Source of the DNA: the human T2T-CHM13v2.0 reference genome, Homo sapiens
Strand: one strand, 5' to 3'
Length of the DNA stretch: 64,000 nucleotides
NCBI RefSeq assembly: GCF_009914755.1
Contig: NC_060933.1
A program made the position numbers and the translations under genes. The notes under the pieces are model-generated. The model was not told the DNA's origin. It saw only the letters and a program-made list of their open reading frames with translations, and ran no database searches. This document shows positions 27,801 through 40,419 of this stretch, piece after piece (the stretch's first letter is position 1; each line of letters starts with the position of its first letter).

Positions 27801-28319
27801 TGTGTGTTTACATTTTCATTTTGTTTTTTGTTATATTTCAACTAACTGAAAATCTCTACCACAATTTCACTGTGCTCTCCAATTATACAGCTATATTGTG
27901 TAGAATAATATGAAATAACTTTTATGAGAAAAAATTTAATTAACTTTTTGTGACTGAATCTATATCAGGTTTTTGATGATGTAGTACTTAAAGCACAATA
28001 TGTGTCTTCATAAATAAAAATTAATATTGTATTTTGTAAAGTTAATCATGAAAGAAAGCGTTATCTCAAATTATTGAAGCAAAATAGTAGAAAAGCAGTC
28101 AGAGCTGGAAAGATTTAAAAGAAAGTAATTATTCTAGTTATATTAACTATCTTGTGTCTCATTCCTACCACCATTACTTTATCAGTCCTTCTTTCTATTT
28201 ATCCATTAATTTAACTTCTACTCCAGACTACAAGTTTTGGTATTATAAAGAGAGATCATAACACAACCCATAGACACTTTACTCAAATTACTTACAGCAT
28301 AGTGTAAAACGAAAGATAA

Positions 28320-29040
28320 CCAGACATATATACTGCTGTAAGGAGCACATAGTGAGCTGGGCCCAAATATAGACTCATGGCTGGGGGTGTGGGTTTTGCC
28401 AGAGAACACTTCCTCCCAGAAGCAAAAGCCCTCCACATTTTGAAGAATAAGTAGGAAATGGGCATATTGGTGGAGCAGTAAACTTTCTAGTCAAAGGCTT
28501 CTGCTTTGGCAAGATGGCTGAATTGATAAACTACAAGCTCTCAATGTTCACCACCTGTGACTTTCCAGTCTCTTACTCCTCAGACTCAGTGTCTTGTCCT
28601 TTGTAACTTATGGTTCGCCAACCATATCAGATGTCTCCTCTAGCCAATCTCTCTGTCTCTCAAGGTACTCTGTAATATACATAACTGACAGAACTTATGT
28701 TTTTTGAAGTAATGTATTTAAAATAAATCATGTCAGTATTCCACTCTAAAATATTCACTGCCTCCCCACCACCCATACAATAACACCTCAAGACCTTACC
28801 ATGACATTTAGAATGTCTCTATCATTTTGAACTCAGTCTAGTGTCTGAGTCTCTGATTCCCAACTGTCTTCATCCCATACAATTCAACATTGTTGACACC
28901 CTTTTATTTCCAGTATAGACCACACCCCATGAGTTTGCACATGCTTGTTTCTTGGGAATAGAATTCCCTTCTCTAACTTTTCTTCACATATTTTACCCTT
29001 TGTTTTCTATTTAGAAATTCTCATTTGCTCTTCAGGATTT
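28320..29040. mobile_element. Degraded L2 fragments (both orientations)
   Basis: cttcctcccagaagcaaaagcc...gaagaataagtagga and ttcactgcctcccc...tttgcacatgcttgtttcttgggaata are L2-like. Confidence 0.45.
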
Positions 29041-29044
29041 ATTT

Positions 29045-30058
29045 TAAAAGGCTGGTTGCAAAATGATGGTTTAGAAGCAGCTGACTTTCTGCTCTCGTCG
29101 GAAAATAACAAAAAATTGCTAGATATGGAATCACATTGTCAGCAAAAAGAGATTATTTGACTTATTTTTTTTCCTATTTACAGGCCTTTGATTTCTTTCT
29201 CTTGCCTAAATGCTCTGCCTACAACTTCCAGTACTATGTTGAATAAGAGTGGGCATCCTTGTCTTGTGTCTGTCATCAAAGGATATGCTTTTTTCCCATT
29301 AAGCATGATATTGGCAGTGGGTTTTTAATAGATAGCTCTTGTTACTTTGAGGTATATTCCTTCAATGCCTAGTTTGTTGAAGGTTTTTATCATGAAGGGA
29401 TGTTGCATTTAATTAAATGCTTTTTTCTGCATCTATTGAGATAATCATGTGGTTTTTATTTTTAATTCTGTTTATAAGGTGAATCACACATTGATTTGCA
29501 ACCTATTTTATCTACTATAAGTATAGCTAATTCTGCTCTTTTTTGGTTTTAAGTTGCATGGAATATCTTTTCCCTCACCTTCGTTTTTATTTAATTTGTG
29601 TCTTTATAGGTACAGTGGGTTTCTTGTAGGCAGCATATAATTTTGCATATTTATATCCATTCAACCACTCTATGTCTTTTAATCAGAAAACTCAGTCCAT
29701 ATACACTGTGTAATTAATAATAAGTAAGAACTTTTTGTTGTCTGTTTTCTGTTTGTTTATTAACTCCACTCTTTCTTTTTTCCTTTTTTTGCTGACTTTT
29801 TCTGTGGTTAAGTGGTTTTCTGGTACTATATTTTAATTTATTACTCTATTTTTAGCAAATCTATTATAGGTGCTTATGCTTCAGTTACCATGAGGCTTAC
29901 AAAAAGCATATAATAGTTATAACAGGTTATTTTAAAGAGATGACAACACATCTTAGATCACAAAGAAAATAATAAAGGCAAAGAAAAATTTAAAAAAAAG
30001 TACACTTCAACTGTATTTCTCCAAATTTCCATTTATGCTTTCTCAATTTATATATTTG
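29045..30058 (-). mobile_element. Rearranged old L1 fragments (mostly antisense ORF2; short sense 5'-end-like piece at 29045-29155)
   Basis: acttccagtactatgttgaataagagt...ctgcatctattgagataatcatgtgg is antisense ORF2 RT; it then jumps to antisense EN-region sequence. Confidence 0.75.
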
Positions 30059-30061
30059 ATT

Positions 30062-30270
30062 TGATATTATTTAAATCTCTGTTCCTGCCCAAATCTCATG
30101 TGGAGTTGTAATCCCCAGTGTTGGAGTTGGGGCTTGGTGTAAGGTGATTGGATCATGAGGGTAGATTTCCCTCATGGTGCTGTGTCGTGATAGTGTCTTT
30201 ATAGTGAGTGAATTCTCATGAGATCTGGTTGTTTAAAAGTGTGTAGCACCTCCCCCACCTCTCTTCTCCT
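30062..30270 (+). mobile_element. MSTA MaLR LTR, 5' part
   Basis: cccaaatctcatgtggagttgtaatccccagtgttggag...gagatctggttgtttaaaagtgtgtagcacctcccc. Confidence 0.8.
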
Positions 30271-30308
30271 ATGCAGCAAGTATGCATATTAAGTATTATT
30301 AAATATAA

Positions 30309-30527
30309 CAGGGTTCAGTAAATGTGTTCTGGAAAAGGCCAGACAATAATACTGTAGGATTTGCAGGACATTCAGTCTCTGTTGCAGCCGCTCATCTGAG
30401 CCACTGAAATACAAAAGCAGCCATAGAAAACGCAGAACTTAATAGTTATGATTGTATTCCCTTAATACTTGACTAAAACAGGGAGTGGCCTAGATTTGGT
30501 CTGCAGGCTGTAGTTTGCTGACCACTG
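30309..30527 (+). mobile_element. MER58A (hAT-Charlie) non-autonomous DNA transposon
   Basis: Decayed TIRs cagggttcagtaaa / tttgctgaccactg; internal aaagcagccataga; ~220 bp. Confidence 0.8.
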
Positions 30528-32449
30528 GGATAGAAAAATGTGTTAAAACTTCATAATATAACCTGTTACATGTTCTGCAACCCCAAGATGCTAGGATCAT
30601 ATATAGTCTTTCTTTCAGCAATAACAAATTTTATTTTGAGTAATTATAAATATGTTCTAAAATAGTGAATATAAACAATAAGAAGAAGACAACTCAAATT
30701 GAAATATTTCTAGATTTTTAGTAAAAATAGTTTGAAACTTCACAATAACCTTACATGATGGTATATCTTTCAAACTCATATGAAACCCAAGTAGCAAAAA
30801 ACTATAGACTCAGCTTCCTTCATAGAGGATTTTAAAAGCCTGACTTCCACTTTCTCACAACTATGTTTTAAAGGTCTATTGTTGCCTTATTTTGAAATGC
30901 AGAAATGAGTCTACAGAGACCAAGTTGAACAGAATTGTTTGGCTTGAATTGAGTATATGTCTTAAATGTTTCTATGCTTTCACTTTTGAAGTATAGTTAC
31001 ATCCTGCTTTTAATAAAGAAGTGTACCTGAAAGAAAGATCTAGAGTTTGTAAACATAAAACTTAAGTGACCAAAACAATAAAATAATCTAATATTGTGAA
31101 AGTAGAGATGAGTGACTTTTTATTTACTAATACTAGTTCTGTTATTTTCCTGCTGAGGAAAGTTACATTTTTTTTACCATGTATGAGATGAAATATTCTG
31201 CTATAAAATTAAACATTATGATTTATGTGATTTATTAAGTGTAAAAAAAGGGTAATTAGTTTTTAGTGCCAGAGGCATGTCTAAATTATTTGAGTGGAAT
31301 GCAGCTGGTTTTTTGATAAGCTCATCATAACTGTGGGTCAATGGGAAATAATTGATACTTTTCCTTTCCCCTAGTACCTGGATTTTTTTAAAATTATTGT
31401 TTTCATTGAATTCAACTGTAGGTGGAAGTCATTGAAGCTTATAATTCATCATTTTTGAGGGTCTGTGTCAAAACAGTGAAAATACAACCTGGCTGACATG
31501 TTCGAACCTACAGACAATTTAAATTATAATGTAAAATTGAAAAACAATAAAATTAGGAAAATAGTATTAACAATTAACTTATTCTTGTACCATGCTATAT
31601 TTTTGGACTCACATTTTTTTACATGACAGGAACTACTACTAGGATTTCTCCTGGAGATGAAGCTTGACAGCCTGCTCTTAGCTGGGGTTTCTCTTTTCCA
31701 GAATATGGGTCTAAATACCTTTTGTCTTTTCCATGTGTCTCCTTCAGGGCCTGGAATGGCGATTATCCAAAGGGGACTGTTTTGGTGGTAATGGCAAAGG
31801 TGCACATGCACAAGCACACACAAACACATACATACACAAACACACCAGAATTACGTGTGTCCTCTTATGGCCTTGCTGTATAACTAGTTCATTGTCATTT
31901 TTACACAGATGCCTTTGTCCAAAGCCAATAACTTAGCTAAATCCACGATCTAGGAATGAGGATGCACTCTGTGCACCTGACAAAGCAAAAACAGGGGTGT
32001 GGAGTGTTGCTATTGGAAAAGATGAGCAATTGCAGACAGTTTTACAGTCTACCATATTTATCTGTTGTGCAAACAATATGATTTACATTTTACCATGTCA
32101 CTTTTTCAGAATAACTAAAAAGTACTGTATACAATTCAAAAGCTTTGATCACAATTTATCTATCAATTCTACTTAGTTAATTCTAGTTCACAAAATTAAT
32201 TTACAAACTTTAAAAATAGATTTAATTTTATTTATTATTGGTTTATTATACGAACATTTATATAACATAGACAATAATTATACAGACAAGTATCACCAAG
32301 GCACAGCTTATGCTATCAATTAATTGATAAACTAAGCATAGATATGTAATGAAGTGGTAGTATTTCCAACCAAACATTCTGGTCAGTCCTAATAGTTGAA
32401 AAAGTATTATGGAAATTTTGAAGAGATTATAATTCAGATTTGAGAGCAG

Positions 32450-32660
32450 GTTATTGAGGAGAGTCTCAGGGGTTAACTTTTGAACAGAATCTTGAAAGAG
32501 GAGTAGGACTGCAGTGACAGTGGTAAAGATCATTCCAGGCAAGAGGTAACAGCAACAGCATGGGCAAAGGCATGGGGGTGAGAGCATGCCACGTCTGATA
32601 AAGTACACGTCATGGAGGAAGGCGACAGAGAGTATATGTGAGATCAGACCAAGCATAGAG
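32450..32660 (-). mobile_element. L2 fragment
   Basis: cattccaggcaagaggtaacagcaacagcatgggcaaaggcatgggggtgaga, typical antisense L2. Confidence 0.65.
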
Positions 32661-32728
32661 ATGTAAATTAATATCCCTTATCCCAGAATATCAAATGAGT
32701 CAGTGCGATTGCTATTTTTGTGTCTTTG

Positions 32729-33258
32729 TGTTAAAGTGTGCCATCTGGCCAACAGACAAAATGGACTTCTCTTGGCTAACTAAGGTGCTCAAAGTTAAAG
32801 CAGACCTAGGTGGCCATGTCTGAGTGAGGAAGTGGTCACATACTTTGTGTTCTCAGAAGGACGTTGTAAAAATATCACAGGACCTCCATTTCTACAATCA
32901 AGACAAATCAGTTCCTGTTTTGTTGGTGCCGAGATAAACTGAGCCCAGAACTCCCCCATCCACATGGGTCATTTGAAAGAAAAATCTGACAAAGACTTTT
33001 GGTTTGAGCCATGGAAGCCAACCGATTAGAACTCAGCTGTGCTGAACAATTAGTATTAAGTGAGTTTCAATTCTTTTCCGTAAATGAAGTTGATTGGAAA
33101 CCTAGGCAGGAACTTTCGGTGTAAAACGCGAGCACTCTTCTTTTTTTCTAGAATGCACCTTGATTTTACACCAAAGGCTGCGTCTTCTTGGTTTGCAAAT
33201 TGTTCACTGGAATATAGTGTCTTTCCTCCAAATTACTTCTCAGAGAACTTTTGTTCAC
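32729..33258 (+). mobile_element. ERV1-class solo LTR (MER67-like)
   Basis: catctggccaacagacaaaatggac...ggctaactaaggtgctcaaagttaaa ... ctttcctccaaattacttctcagagaacttttgttcac; ~530 bp. Confidence 0.6.
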
Positions 33259-34734
33259 CCTGTGACGAAACAAGTACTAGAAAAAATCAAGGAAATAAAT
33301 GCATAAAGGGCCTGTTAGACCGCATGTTTCAGAGTGGGGGTACCCCAAAGGTAAACCATCAAACAAAAATTGAGGGGCAAGTAGTTTGCTTGAAAGACAC
33401 ACACAGAAAGAAGAAAGAGTGGGGGTGTAAGAAAGAATAAAAGGGAAGAAAACCAATATGAGGTATGTTAAGTGTATGTGTTACTGCTGTAGCCAACTCT
33501 CGCTCACTTCCTCTGGGTACCTACAGAACTGTTGTGGAATATGGCTCAAAATCTAAAGAGTGACTAAATCTTGTGTTTTCTACCAACACCCACTTCCCAT
33601 TTGTTTAGGGTTGCTCTAGGGGTATCAAGTCTTCAGGACTTCCAGCTGCTGGATGAGCTCAATCCTTTTCTATGAACAGAAAATGCCCTTTTCCAAATAA
33701 AAGCAGAAAGACCAAGGTATCTATCACCTAGGCAACATTTTAAAGCAAGTGTCCCAATGTTGTATATTATTTACAGAAATATAGGAATATGGATAACATA
33801 AAAAGACCTCAAGGAAGTTTACTTACTTTAAAATGATAGTTAACTCTGGGGAGAAAGGATGGAGAAAAAGGTTCCATATATTTTAATGGAATCCCTGTAT
33901 TTTTATTGTTTTACAAAATAGATCTGAAATTAATATATAAATATTTGAAAAATTTTAGCTGTGAGTACAAAGGTGTTTTTATATTATTTTATATCCTTTT
34001 CTGTATGTTTGAAATATTCTTGAATCCTCCAAAAGTGTAAAGAAAATCCTTAAGTATGATGAGGAAAATTTGCTTAAAGTCTACAAATCTCCAATATTTA
34101 ACGTGTGGCATGAATTTGCGTCATTTTCAGATAAAAAATATATATTTAAACTGTAGCAAAATTCAAATATAACCAACTATTATAAAGTTTTAATTACTGT
34201 AGCCTGGTTTAATAGCATTTGAATATGAATATGGTTATACATAATAATGTAAGTGCAACACAAATTCCCTCATGCCACAGCAGCCCAAGTTTACCAGTAA
34301 CTTTGGTCTGCATTTATGTGAGACCTCATTTCTAATTAGACATATATTACTTCTTCCTCTTTAGCTATTTTTTGGTGGGAGGCCCATATTGGTTTCCTAT
34401 AAGCTCAGGGGCTCAAGTATGCTCTTGTCCTCTAGCTTTATTTTCATTGTGAGATGTCTGCAAGGCTATGGGAGAACCATTGGGTTAGGCAGGTCAAGAA
34501 TTAGAAAAGCCTCAAAATGCTGAGTTGTTACTGAATGTTCTTTATTCTTCTGTTAGACTCTGAAACATTCCTTTGGGTTCCTGGAGTCTTAGAATGCTTT
34601 TTATTAAAATACTTCTCTCAGCCTTTATTTAAAGTCTTCCCTACAAAGAGTCAGATCTATTTGATGGAGTTGCTTAGAAAGAGACACCACCATGTTCTCC
34701 CTGACTGCCCTCTAAATAAATATTTGAAAATTTA

Positions 34735-34814
34735 TTAGATTGGTGCAAAAGTAATTGCAGTTTTTGCAATTACTTTTAATGACAAACACCGCAATTACTT
34801 TTGCACCAACCTAC
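34735..34814. mobile_element. MADE1 mariner-derived MITE (80-bp palindrome; miR-548-type hairpin)
   Basis: ttagattggtgcaaaagtaattgcagtttttgcaatt acttt taatgacaaacaccgcaattacttttgcaccaaccta: two ~37-bp inverted arms, preceded by TA. Confidence 0.95.
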
Positions 34815-36289
34815 ATATTGCATAAACTCAAACAAGGGAATGACCAGAGGGAGAGGAGCATGTTCACTACCAGTTCACTAGATATTCATTTTCTACCTCC
34901 TCATGTAGGCTAGCCTAGGTTAGCAATCAATACTTAATACTAGAATCTATGGTCATATCTCTCATCTACATTATATAAGTCAGCAAGCCTTCTTGAAGAT
35001 GGGATAAGTGCCTTGTGATATATAAAAGTAACATGACACTAATGCTTTGGTATATTTAGAAAATATGTAATTAGCATAATGTGTCCAGGTTTATTTATAT
35101 CTGCCTTTTCATTCCTGCTAATATTGATGTTAATGTGGCAGTTGCAAGCAGCTTTCAAATTCTTGGCAGTTCAATTCCACAGTACTTTAATTCATTATAG
35201 TAATTCATCTCTGTAAGGCAGAGAGGAAGGTTGAAAAGTATACTTAAGCTGTGGTTTCTTCTTTACAGATTTAGAGAGAGTGAAGAACCCCTAATACAAA
35301 ACTAAAGAATGCATTATGGAATAACCTTTCTGAAATTGTATCATAGCTGTTTAACCATTGCCAGAACTAAATAAAGCTATGTTTTTCATTGAGATTCCAA
35401 ACTGAAAGTATAGTATATGTGCAGATGCCATTTGAATATTTCTGACAAAGATAAGCAGTGCAACGAGTTGATGCTTCTGTTGAAAGGGGATAAAACCACT
35501 CTACTGGCAAGGCATTTATCATCACAGGAAATTTAGAAAAAGTATCAGTAATTTTATTCCCCATTCTGAGATTATCACTCATAGCTATGGTCTCTGTTAT
35601 TGCAATAATAAATTGAGAAATAATATTTCCCCCAGGAAAATGTGGGATGTTTTAATGTTTTATGGCAGAAAGACAATTTTGCAGACATTGCAGAAAGCTA
35701 ATGTCTCCTTTAAATTGGGCTATAATTCAAAGAGAACTATGAAATGCATCTGCAAAGAGTCAGCCGAATAAGTAAGCTTATTCTTTCAGTTTATTCCCAA
35801 AATATTTTTGATTTTTGTTGGTGTTGCTCATTTTGTGACTACAGGATGCAATGCAATTTGCTTGTATCACATATGTCCTTGGTTAGAAAAAGTTAAATAT
35901 TCCTAAATAATGTTGTGTGAGGCTCAAAGTAAGGATAAATTGAAGATATTATGTAAGTTCTCCATTTTCCACCTGCATTTCACCATTTTTCATGCATTAT
36001 CCCATTCATTAATGTACAAATATTTATTGAGCAAATACTATTTAGCAGGCAATATACTGTGGGCTGGGTATACTGTGTTGAAGGAGACTGGCAAAAGCAA
36101 GTAATAAATAAATGATATATAATAGCCCCATAATAAAATGTCAAAGAAAAAGTTAGAATGGATTATTCCTCAAAAAATGTATCTATATATTTTTAAAATG
36201 TTAGTTTTCTACAGTATCTGCATTTTTTCTTTCCTAATGGAAATAAAATTTTGCTTTAGTGTGGTCAACTATATATTTATACATTTATT

Positions 36290-37046
36290 CTTTAAAGTAT
36301 TTAATTGTGATATATATCTTTAATTTTTAAAAGTGTATAAATGTATAAGAATGGTTCAAAGACAATAAAATTATCACTCTTATATCCAGCTTAAGAATTA
36401 GAAGATCACCAGTACATGCCTTCAGCCCTCTCTGCCCTGCCCTTTGAGTATTACCTCCTTTCCCTTCCCAAAGTTAAATGTTATTGCAAATATTTTTATA
36501 ATCTTATTACAACTCTTTATAATTTTGCTACCTACTTGCTTAGCATCACTAACTTTAAAAATTATAAAGATAAATCATAGTATATGTGTTATTCAGCAAT
36601 TAGCTAGATGTGCTTAATAATATGTTTGCATTTCTCCACTTCTACACATGTAACTGTAGTTCATACAGATTTAGTGTTTCATTGTGTAACAATAACAAAA
36701 TTGTGTTTTTCCATTTCACGGTTGATAAATGTGCAAACTGTTTTCCACAATTTTGCAGAGACGTGATTATGTACAAAGGTTAGTGAACATTACTGTGCAC
36801 ATCACCAGGGGCACATCATTTTTACAGAATACAGAATACACTTAATAATGTGATTACTGAATCGCATGTCCAGCTTTACAAGGTAACTAAAACAGTTTAA
36901 AAACAGAAAACAAAGACATTTAATGCACAATGTGAGGATGAAAAATTATGTAACCAACTTAAATGCAAAAAAACAATTTGATGTAATTCAACATCCATTC
37001 ACTAAACAACAACAAAACTCGCATACTAAAAAGAGACAGGAAATTT
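36290..37046. mobile_element. Very old L1 (L1ME-like) antisense 3' fragment plus a short sense ORF2 piece (36920-37046)
   Basis: The 36923 ORF begins KNYVTNLNAKKQFDVIQHPF, compare L1 ORF2 [21 protein letters not shown]. Confidence 0.55.
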
Positions 37047-38435
37047 GGTCATCAGCAAAGTCTGGGTCCGTCACTCTCCTCCCTGGGCAACATGAGCTTC
37101 ACCACTCACTCCACTTTCACCAACTACCCATCCCTGGGTTCTGTCCAGGCACCCAGCTAAGGCGCTCACCAGAATCTATGCAGGTGCTGGGGCCACTGGT
37201 TCCCAGATCTCCGTGTCCCACTCCAGCAGCTTCCAGGGTGGCTTGGGACCCGGGGGCCTGGCCACGAGGATGGCCGGGGGGATCTGGCAGGAATGGGAGG
37301 CTTCCAGAAAGAGAAGGAGACCATGCAAATCCTGAACGACCGCCTGGCCTCTTATCTGGACAGAGCGAGGAGCCTCGAGACCAAGAACCAGAGGGTGGAG
37401 AGCAAACTTGGGGTGCACCTGGAGAAGAAGAGACCCTAAGTCAGAGACTGGGGCCATTACCATTCAGGACCTGAGGGCTCAGATCTTCACAAATACTATG
37501 GACAATGCCCACATTGTTCTGCAGGTTGACAATGCTGGTCTTGCTGCTGATGACTTTAGAGTCAAGTATGAGACAGGGACAGTCATGCGCCGGTCTGTGG
37601 AGAGAGAAATCCATGGGCTCCACAAGATCATTGATGACACCAATGTCACTTGGCTGCAGCTGAAGACACAGATCGAGGCTTTCAAGGAGGAGCTGCTCTT
37701 CATGAAGAAGAACCATGAAGAGGAAGTAAAAGACCTGCAAGTCCAGATTGCAGCTCTGGGTTAACAGTGGAGGTAGATGGCCCCAAATCTCAGGATCTCG
37801 CTAAGATCATGGCAGACATCCGGGCCCAATAACGAAGAGCTGGCTCAGAAGAACCGAGAGGATCTAGAAAAGTACTGGTCTCAGCAGATTGAGGAGAGCA
37901 CCACAGTGGTCACCATGCAGTCCGCTGAGGTTGGAGCTGCCGAAGTGACGCTCATGGAACTGACACATACAGTCCAGTCCTTGGAGATCGACCTGGACTT
38001 GATGAGAAATAACAAGGCCAATTGGGAGAACAGCCCGAGGGAGGTGGAGGCCCGCTAAGCCCTGCAGAAGGAGCAGCTCAACAGGATCCTGCTGCACCTG
38101 GAGTCGGAGCTGGCTGGCACAGACCCGCGCAGAGGGGTAGCGCCAGGCGCAGGAGTAAGAGGCCCTGCCGAACATCGAGGTCAATTTGGGGGCTGAGATC
38201 GCCACCTACCGCCGCCTGCTGGAAGACGGCGAGGATTTTAACCTTGGTGATGCCCTGGACAGCAGCAACTAACTCCATACAAACCATCCGAAAGACTGCC
38301 ACCCGCTGGATAGTGGATTGTAAAGTGGTGTCTGAAACCAAGGACACCAAAGTTCTGAGACATTAAGCCAGCAGAAGCAGGTTCTCTTTGGGGAGCAGGA
38401 GGCCAATAAAAAGTTCAAAGGTCAAAAAAAAAAAA
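37047..38435 (+). pseudogene. KRT18: Full-length keratin 18 processed pseudogene (tentatively KRT18P66; number unverified)
   Basis: Intronless KRT18 mRNA copy: 5'UTR remnant, ATGAGCTTCACCACT at 37092, peptides DLRAQIF..DNA.LAADDFRVKYET, KYWSQQIEESTTVV, KVVSETKDTKVLRH*, TAA 38364-38366, AATAAA 38405, poly(A) 38424-38435. Multiple stops (TAA ~37158, TAA 38056, TAG 38138) and frameshifts. Confidence 0.97.
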
Positions 38436-38729
38436 GAAAATTCGTTGATGAGTTTTTAACTTCTAATGTTCCTATATTCACTTAACTGTAGCCTTTAATG
38501 ATTCATATCCCAATGCTAAGTCAGTGGTTTATTTGATAAATCTTTATTTTATTCTCAAATTTACTTACTTTTATCATGAGGGTCTTTAGCAGTATCAATT
38601 CTGAATGCTGTCTTAATTTCAGGCCATCTGTTTACTTTTTATGTAAAATAGAAGTCTGAGTCAGTCTGTATTCAAATTCATTTGGTGGATTCCCCCATCC
38701 ATATATTTCCTGTTCATTTATTTATTTAG

Positions 38730-39140
38730 CAAAGATTAATTGAGTCTTACTATTTCCCCAGTAATATGTAAACTGGTGATATAACTGTGAACATTCAAAA
38801 TTTGTCTTCTATGAAAAATAGAAAATAAAAATTAATAAGCTATTAGTTATTGATAAGTCCTAAGAAGAAAAATAAAACAAAGAAATGAGTGAGTAACAGG
38901 TGATGCTCTTTTGATGGATGTTCATGAAAGTCTTCAAAAGGTGATGTTTGAGCTGAGATCTAAATGGTTGCTATAAATGAGCAATGTGTCTGTTTGTAGA
39001 AAGAATGATACAGTTAAAGAAAATAATACAAAGATCATGATGCAGTAAGACTCCTGACATGTTTAAACTTGCCATGTTCACTGCAAGAAGGCCAGTATTG
39101 CCATACTGAGAGAGTCTGTAGAAAACGTTCAGAGATATAG
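38730..39140 (-). mobile_element. L2 3' fragment
   Basis: aggtgatgtttgagctgagatctaaatg ... caagaaggccagt, antisense L2 motifs. Confidence 0.6.
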
Positions 39141-40419
39141 TAGAAACAGTAGCTACATACTGACATAAGGGTATCTGTCTCTTGTTTATAACTATTAAAA
39201 GAAACTTTTGTAAATACTGCTGGCTGGAATATACTATTTACAAGAAAAAAGGAAATTAATTCTACTTCTGTTACTTTTGTTTGTTTGTTAAATCTCTTTA
39301 TCTGCTTGAGTGATTATGGGGGATTATTGCTCAAATCTTCAGAATTCAAGCATCTTGCCAAGCTCCATTAGTTCTGCACTAATTTTGCCAGAAATAAGAT
39401 GAATGCATTTGCCTTAGAACTTCAAGTCGTCTTTAGCATAGAGATATTATTGTTTTGTCTTAGCTTTGATTTATTTTGTGTTATCTGTTTGTTTTGTGTA
39501 TTTATTGGACAATTTTATTTGTAGTTAGGTCCTCTTCTCAGTAATCCTTGGTTTTGATTAGTTTCCCTTTTTCTATTGTCTTTTACTGCAATAATTCTGA
39601 GGGAATTAATAAAGATTACCTTCTAAAATTTCTATTTCCATTTCTTCAATTTCCTTTTAAGATTTTATGGTTGTCAATGGGAAGTATAGTCATTCTTGCA
39701 TTTTTAATTTCTCTGTATTGTATTTTTAATTAAGCAAGTTATTTTTTTTGCAATCTGCTTCTCAGATTTATGTCGTTGCATTCCTGCTTGCTTTCTTCTT
39801 ATGTTAGACTTCTATTTTGTAAGAGCAATATCACATTGTACCTCACTGAGAATTCAAAGAAAATCTTTTTCTAAAACTTTTATTTTCTAACTCAGCTATT
39901 ATTCACGGGTATTCATTTCTTTGATTTTACTGCCAGTGGTTCTCCCCCAACATCACTAACTCTAGCAGTATGTTTTGTTTTGCTTTGTATTTTATTAGTG
40001 TTGCTAATTTATGGTTAAAAGAAGTGTTAAGTATTAAAGTTCTTACATACCAAGTATAAAAGTTGTAGGAATTTTCTGATTTGATTTTTTAATAATATTT
40101 CCCTAGATTTTCCAGAGGCATTGGAATGAAGTTTTGATGATGAACCATCTTGGAAAAAGGGGCAACACACTAGGAATAAGAAATATAAAAAATAAAAGTA
40201 AAGATGCGTTCTGAAACCATGGAACCCTGGCATGCTAAAATTCAGACCTATAGAAGAGCAAATGCTCTACTTTCTGAGGGTATTAAAAAGTTAAAAGAAG
40301 TTGAATCTATATCTCTTTCTCAATTATAAATAGGTCATCACATTAATGACATTAGAAATGTAAAACCATTGAAAATATAGTATTGAAATATCAAGTTAAT
40401 TAAATAATTGAACCACTGT

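Noticed and set aside
36923-37474. 183-aa ORF spanning L1 and KRT18 sequence
   Set aside because: Chance read-through from a decayed L1 fragment into an off-frame KRT18 pseudogene; no promoter or expression evidence.
37092-38366. Functional KRT18 retrogene
   Set aside because: Stop within the first ~25 codons, plus several later stops and frameshifts.
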